A DNA stretch of 64,000 nucleotides. Source: a virus. Taxonomy: Duplodnaviria > Caudoviricetes. Below are positions 59,242 to 64,000 of this stretch, in pieces. The stretch is taken from the IMG/VR virus record IMGVR_UViG_3300035498_000356, positions 32,001-96,000 of that record; one strand, written 5' to 3'. The position numbers and the translations under genes were made by a program. The notes beneath the pieces are model-generated. The model had not been told where the DNA came from. It made no database searches and saw only the letters and a program-made list of their open reading frames with translations. Within the stretch, counting starts at the first letter, position 1, and each line of letters opens with the position of its first letter.

Positions 59242-60089
59242 TGAAAAATATAAGTATCATACAAACAATAACTGATAGACAAGATACCTCCTTGAAGATA
59301 TTCTTTAAGGAGATATCTAAAATACCACTTGCTGATATTAATGAAGAAATTAGATTAGCTAAACGTATTAGAAAAGGTGATATACAGGCTGCCAATAGAT
59401 TAGTAGAAGCTAATTTAAGATTTGTAATTACAGTAGCTAAACAATATCAAAATAAGGGAATTCCTCTTGTAGATCTTATTCAAATTGGAGCTATTGGATG
59501 TAGAGAAGCTGCAATGAGATGGGATGGAGAGAAAGGATATAAATTTATTTCATATGCCGTCTGGTGGATTAGGCAAGCTATTGTACATGCAATTTCTTAT
59601 CAATGTAGAACTGTAAGACTTCCAACTAGTCAAATAGTTAGTGGAAATAAAATCAATAAATATATTGAAGATTTTGAAAAAGAGAATCAAAGAGTTCCAT
59701 CGTTAGAAGAAATTAGTGATAATACTAAACTTCCAATTGACAAAATTAATTCTATACTAACTAGTAGAACTGTATCACTTGATTCTCCATTTAAAGATGA
59801 AGATACTAACACTTTGCTTGATATACTTCCAAATGAAAATATTAAAGCTACTGATGAACATATAGAACATTCTGAAACATCAGATGAATTAGAATATGTA
59901 TTATCACAATTATCTAATAGAGAAAGCGATGTTCTTAGAATGTCATTTGGTCTTGGAATGAATCCTATGCAAAATGAGGAAATTGGAAGTAGATTAGGAT
60001 TAGGAGAAGAAAGAGTGCGTCAAGTACAAAAAGAAGCTATAGAAAAAATTCAAGATAAATATAGTGATATTTTAAGAGAATTATTATGA
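59241..60089 (+). CDS. rpoD: RpoD-like sigma-70 factor
   Basis: LVEANLRFVITVAKQY, DLIQ, KFISYAVWWIRQAI, region-4 EEIG...ERVRQ. Confidence 0.9.
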   Translation: MKNISIIQTITDRQDTSLKIFFKEISKIPLADINEEIRLAKRIRKGDIQAANRLVEANLRFVITVAKQYQNKGIPLVDLIQIGAIGCREAAMRWDGEKGYKFISYAVWWIRQAIVHAISYQCRTVRLPTSQIVSGNKINKYIEDFEKENQRVPSLEEISDNTKLPIDKINSILTSRTVSLDSPFKDEDTNTLLDILPNENIKATDEHIEHSETSDELEYVLSQLSNRESDVLRMSFGLGMNPMQNEEIGSRLGLGEERVRQVQKEAIEKIQDKYSDILRELL

Positions 60090-60562
60090 TTGAAAGGAAA
60101 ATACTTGTATTGCGTGGACTTCCAGCAAGTGGAAAAACTACATACGCAAGAAAATGGATTTCAGAAGATTCTGAACAGCGAATAAGATTTAATCGTGATG
60201 ATATTAGAAATATGCTAGGAGAATATAAAGTTCCTAGTAAAGAAGATTTAATAACATCTATATATTATCATTTTCTAGATGAAGCAATGATTTCTGGATA
60301 TGATATAGTATTAGATAATATGAATCTTAATAAAACATCATTAAGTGAATTAGAAACATTTGTTAAAAATACAAATTATGACTTTGATAGAACTCCAATT
60401 GGAATACATTATACTATAGAATATAAAGATTTCTTTAATGTTCCTATAGAAACATGTATTGAACGAGATAAAGCTCGTGAAAAGCCAATAGGAGAAAATG
60501 TAATAAGAAGTATTTATAATAAATATAAAAATGATATAGCACCATGGAAGTATTTAAATTAA
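60086..60562 (+). CDS. Polynucleotide-kinase-like P-loop kinase (AAA_33)
   Basis: GLPASGKTT, NRDDIR, DNMN, CIERDKAR. Confidence 0.85.
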   Translation: MIERKILVLRGLPASGKTTYARKWISEDSEQRIRFNRDDIRNMLGEYKVPSKEDLITSIYYHFLDEAMISGYDIVLDNMNLNKTSLSELETFVKNTNYDFDRTPIGIHYTIEYKDFFNVPIETCIERDKAREKPIGENVIRSIYNKYKNDIAPWKYLN

Positions 60563-60795
60563 TCCATGATGAAAAAGTAATTGTTTGGAGAAGAAATTAT
60601 GTATCGGTAGAAGCCAATTCTAGAAAAGAAGCTATTCTAAAATTACTTGAATGTCCGAGTAACTATATAGATGATTCTGAATATTTGTTTGAAACTGAAA
60701 CAGATATTCATCATTATGATAACATTGGTCCTAATGTAGAAGTTATGGATAACAATGGTAAAACAATATATTCCGATGATATTGGAAGTATATGA
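60544..60795 (+). CDS. Hypothetical protein
   Basis: ORF track. Confidence 0.6.
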   Translation: MEVFKLIHDEKVIVWRRNYVSVEANSRKEAILKLLECPSNYIDDSEYLFETETDIHHYDNIGPNVEVMDNNGKTIYSDDIGSI

Positions 60796-63700
60796 TCTTG
60801 AATGTCTTAGGAACGTATTCACTTATACTGGATACGTTCCTAAAGAAAATAAATATTATCAATTTGTTATATGTCCTTGGAGAAACGATTTAATAGATTT
60901 ACAAAAACATCTTACTAGAGATAAGCTTGTTCAAGTAGGATATAATAATCTTAGCTATGATTATCCATTAATTCATCACATATTAAATCATTATAATGAG
61001 TATAAATATCAATCTGGATTGGAAATATCACAAGCTATCTATGCTAAATCTCAAGAAATTATTGATCAAGAATTTAGCATAATTTCCGATAAGAATTCAT
61101 ACATTCAACAGATTGATTTATATAGAATTCACCACTACAATAATAAAGCTAGAATAGCTAGTTTAAAGGATATTGAGATAGCAATGAATCTTCCTGATGT
61201 AAGAGAAATGCCTATTCATCATACTACATGGTGTAAAGAAGGAGATGAAAAGGAAATACTATCTTATAATGCTTGGGATGTATATAGCACATATCAATTT
61301 TTATTAGTAACTTTAGGTAAGACTGATTTTCCTAATTATAAAGGTAGAAATAAAATTGAATTGAGACAGAAGTTGCAATCAAAATTTAATATTCCATGTT
61401 TAAATTGGCCTGATGTAAAAATTGGAGAACAATTAATATTAAATTTATATTGTAGAAAAAATAATTGCAATATTCAAGATTTAAAAAGAAAAGGTGGAAC
61501 AAAAAGAGATAAAATTTATTTAAAAGAATGCATTCCTAAATGGGCTAATTTTCAGACTAAAGAATTTAATGAAATAAAAGATAAATTTAGTAATGCTGTC
61601 ATATCTAATATTAAAGGTGCATTTAAAGAAACTATTAATTTTCATGGAATCAATATTGATTATGGAACAGGTGGAGTCCATTCTAGCATCGAACCAGGAA
61701 TATATTCTGCTGATGATGAATGGATAATATTAGATGAGGATGTTGGTTCACTATATCCTAGTATGGCTATTCAATTAGGAATTTATCCAGAACATTTAGG
61801 AAAAGAATTTTTAGATATATATAATAATGATATAGTTTCTGTTAGATTATCAGAAAAAAGAAAACCTAAACAAGATCGCGATTTAGTAATTATGGAGGGA
61901 TATAAACTTGCCGCAAATGGTATTATAAATTTCATATTTAACATATTTTAACTAAATTAATATTAAATACGTCTTTATTTATTTGCATTTACAATTAATT
62001 TTATGTATATTTGCTTTATAACTAAAATATAAAATGATATGATTAAAATTAACTGTAACAAACACGATTTAGAAAATTGTACTGGAGTGTACATATTCAG
62101 AAACACAAAGAATGGTAAATGCTATATTGGAAGTACTGTAATGACATTTAAGAAAAGAATGGATCATCATTTATGGCATTTAAGAGAAAACAAACATAAA
62201 AATTCTCATTTCCAAAATGCATGGAATAAATATGGTGAAGATGTTTTTGAATATGATATTTTAGAGATATGCGATAAATCGGAATGCTTAAATAGAGAAC
62301 AATATTATTTAAATACTATATTATTTGCACAAGATTTTATAAATGGTAAGTCAAATGAATTCATAAAATTAGGATATAATATAAATCCGTTAGCAACTGG
62401 AACTCCTAATTTAAGTAAAGAAACAATTGAAAAAAGAACTAAAACATTTAGTGTATTTATAAAAGAAGCAAGTGCTTATTATAGTAAATTTAAAAATTTT
62501 GAAATTGATTTAGATGATATTCCTGAAAAATATATGGAAATGATTCAGAGTTGGATAAATAATGTTCCTTGGAATAAAGGAAAACATTACGAATCAACTG
62601 ATCATTTAAAAGTTCCAAAAACTATTACAGAAAAAACTATTAAAGCTAGAAAGGAAAATTCTATTAAAGCTAGAAATAAAGGAAAAAGAATTCTTGTATT
62701 TGATATAGATCATAATTATTTAGGCAAATGGAGAAGTCCTGCTGATTTACATGAATGGTCTTTATCAGATAATAATAATTATCCTTTAATTTTATCAGGC
62801 AAAGCTAAGAGTAAAGAATTGTTAGCACAAAATTTAACAAAAGCTTGTAGAACTAAAAAACCATATAAAGGTTTATATTTTGAATATGAAGATGATGCCC
62901 GTCTTAGATGCAAATCTGAGAATGAAGAGGGTAAAATCGAAGAACCCTGGGATGGGGACATCGAGTTAACTTATTCAATTACGCAAGGTGAATAAGTAAT
63001 GTAACGCGTAGCAATTGAATAAATATAATATTGCCAAGAGTATCCTCTAACCTAAATTTTAGGTTAAAAATGTACGCTGAACTTATACAAACAAAGAAGT
63101 ATAAGAATATGAAGATAAAAAACTTCATAGATAACACAATTTGATTTATGGCAAGTCAGGTGAGGAATCATCTATATTGTATGATCCACTATATACTATG
63201 AAAACAACAATTGGTGGACAAATGTTTATTAGTTTATGGACAGAAAAGTTAGTAAAAAGCATTCCTAGAATTAAATTTATACAACAAAACACGGATGGCT
63301 TGAGCTATTTGCTTCCTAGAGAGGATTTTAGCAAAGCAAAGGCAGTAGCAGAGGAGATGACACGTATAACTGGGTTGTATATTGAAGATACAATATATTC
63401 CAAAATGATTATCAGAGATGTCAACTCATATATTGCAGTATATGATGATAGTACACCAGAAAATGAACATCTCAAACTAAAAGGATGTTTTGAAATTGAT
63501 AAAGAATTTCATAAAGATCCTTCAATGAAAATTGTAGCTATTGCACTAAAGGAATATTTTGTAAATGGAATTCCTATTAGAGATACAATTTTAAATCATA
63601 CAAATATATACGATTTCTGTTTAAGGCTAAAAACTAATGCTAAGTCTATTCCAATATATACTTATGTAGATTTAGAAACTAAAGAAATATGTAACAAAAC

Positions 63701-63935
63701 ACTTGATAGAACTACTAGATATTACATATCAAATAAAGGTGGTTCTTTAAGTAAGAAGTTTAAAGAAAACGATAATGTAGTTGGTGTTAATATTGGATAT
63801 TCAGCAACTATATTTAACAAGTATATAGAAAAGGATAATTTTAAAGATTATGACATTAATTATCAATTCTATATAAATGAAGCAATGAAAATTGTAAACA
63901 CTATAGTTAAACCTTTAAGTTTATTTGACTTATGA
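60776..63935 (+). CDS. polB: Family B DNA polymerase split by a group I intron (exons 60776-61921, 63144-63935)
   Basis: YDLE exonuclease motif, DVGSLYPS; splicing gives KLAANG|IYGKSG; NTDG. Confidence 0.92.
61982..62013 (+). promoter_or_regulatory. Intron-internal Bacteroidetes promoter (TTTG-N20-TATATTTG)
   Basis: Consensus match 25 nt upstream of the GIY-YIG ATG. Confidence 0.7.
62039..62995 (+). CDS. GIY-YIG homing endonuclease
   Basis: TGVYIF...CYIGST...R...H, EQYY, GYN; NUMOD-like C-terminus. Confidence 0.9.
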   Translation: MIKINCNKHDLENCTGVYIFRNTKNGKCYIGSTVMTFKKRMDHHLWHLRENKHKNSHFQNAWNKYGEDVFEYDILEICDKSECLNREQYYLNTILFAQDFINGKSNEFIKLGYNINPLATGTPNLSKETIEKRTKTFSVFIKEASAYYSKFKNFEIDLDDIPEKYMEMIQSWINNVPWNKGKHYESTDHLKVPKTITEKTIKARKENSIKARNKGKRILVFDIDHNYLGKWRSPADLHEWSLSDNNNYPLILSGKAKSKELLAQNLTKACRTKKPYKGLYFEYEDDARLRCKSENEEGKIEEPWDGDIELTYSITQGE

Positions 63936-64000
63936 GTAGTTATTTAACATTTTATGGTATTCCAAAAGACAAACAAAAGTATGATAAGATGGGAAATGTA
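63932..64000 (+). CDS. Hypothetical protein, 3'-partial
   Basis: ATGA overlap with the polB stop; frame open to the window end. Confidence 0.55.
   Translation, partial: MSSYLTFYGIPKDKQKYDKMGNV

Larger units (their letters stand above)
61922..63143 (+). mobile_element. Group I intron with a GIY-YIG endonuclease in the P1 loop
   Basis: GGT|AT pairs with ATGCC near 62895; core 62900-63143 resembles dnaB intron 1; terminal G. Confidence 0.88.

Noticed and set aside
4081-62961. Numerous short minus-strand and alternate-frame ORFs (e.g. 4081, 5967, 17667, 29410, 35579, 38725, 49898, 62779)
   Set aside because: They are shadows of real + strand genes, introns or ncRNA, with no motifs or leaders.
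35456-63935. Inteins or true pseudogenes in dnaB, nrdJ and polB
   Set aside because: The interruptions contain stops, have U-G P1 pairs, terminal G and group I core elements, and their removal restores the catalytic motifs.

Overview
This window is part of an AT-rich Bacteroidota phage genome of the crAss-like type (order Crassvirales, inferred from gene content). It uses two genetic codes. Virion/late-type genes, most homing endonucleases and the resolvase read TAG as a sense codon (most likely Gln, code 15), and an amber-suppressor tRNA(CUA) is encoded at 2579-2650 (-). Early and replication genes avoid internal TAG. Order along the window: end of a recoded virion-type gene plus an HNH gene (1-2017, +); a short minus-strand operon (suppressor tRNA, Rep-like HTH protein) beside an iteron-like origin (3928-4025); a GC-richer early region with two hammerhead ribozymes and much structured non-coding RNA (4.1-7.9 kb); small accessory genes; a 3-kb RNA island (11.3-14.3 kb) of tRNAs, anticodon-defective tRNA mimics, two repeated hairpin families and short spacers that look antisense to start-codon regions; a VWA/DUF2828-like protein and an AAA+ ATPase; a lone recoded HExxH virion-type gene; and the replication/nucleotide module (RNase H, SF2 helicase, DnaB, Sak4-like ATPase, SSB, primase, resolvase, exonuclease, NrdJ, dUTPase, ligase, sigma-70, PNK, PolB). 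Five group I introns interrupt four genes of that module. The best candidates for undescribed biology are the tRNA-punctuated array of putative anti-start-codon RNAs, the ACAGCAA stem-loop/tRNA-mimic family, and the hammerhead-flanked early cassette. All calls were made by eye; no database search or folding program was run.
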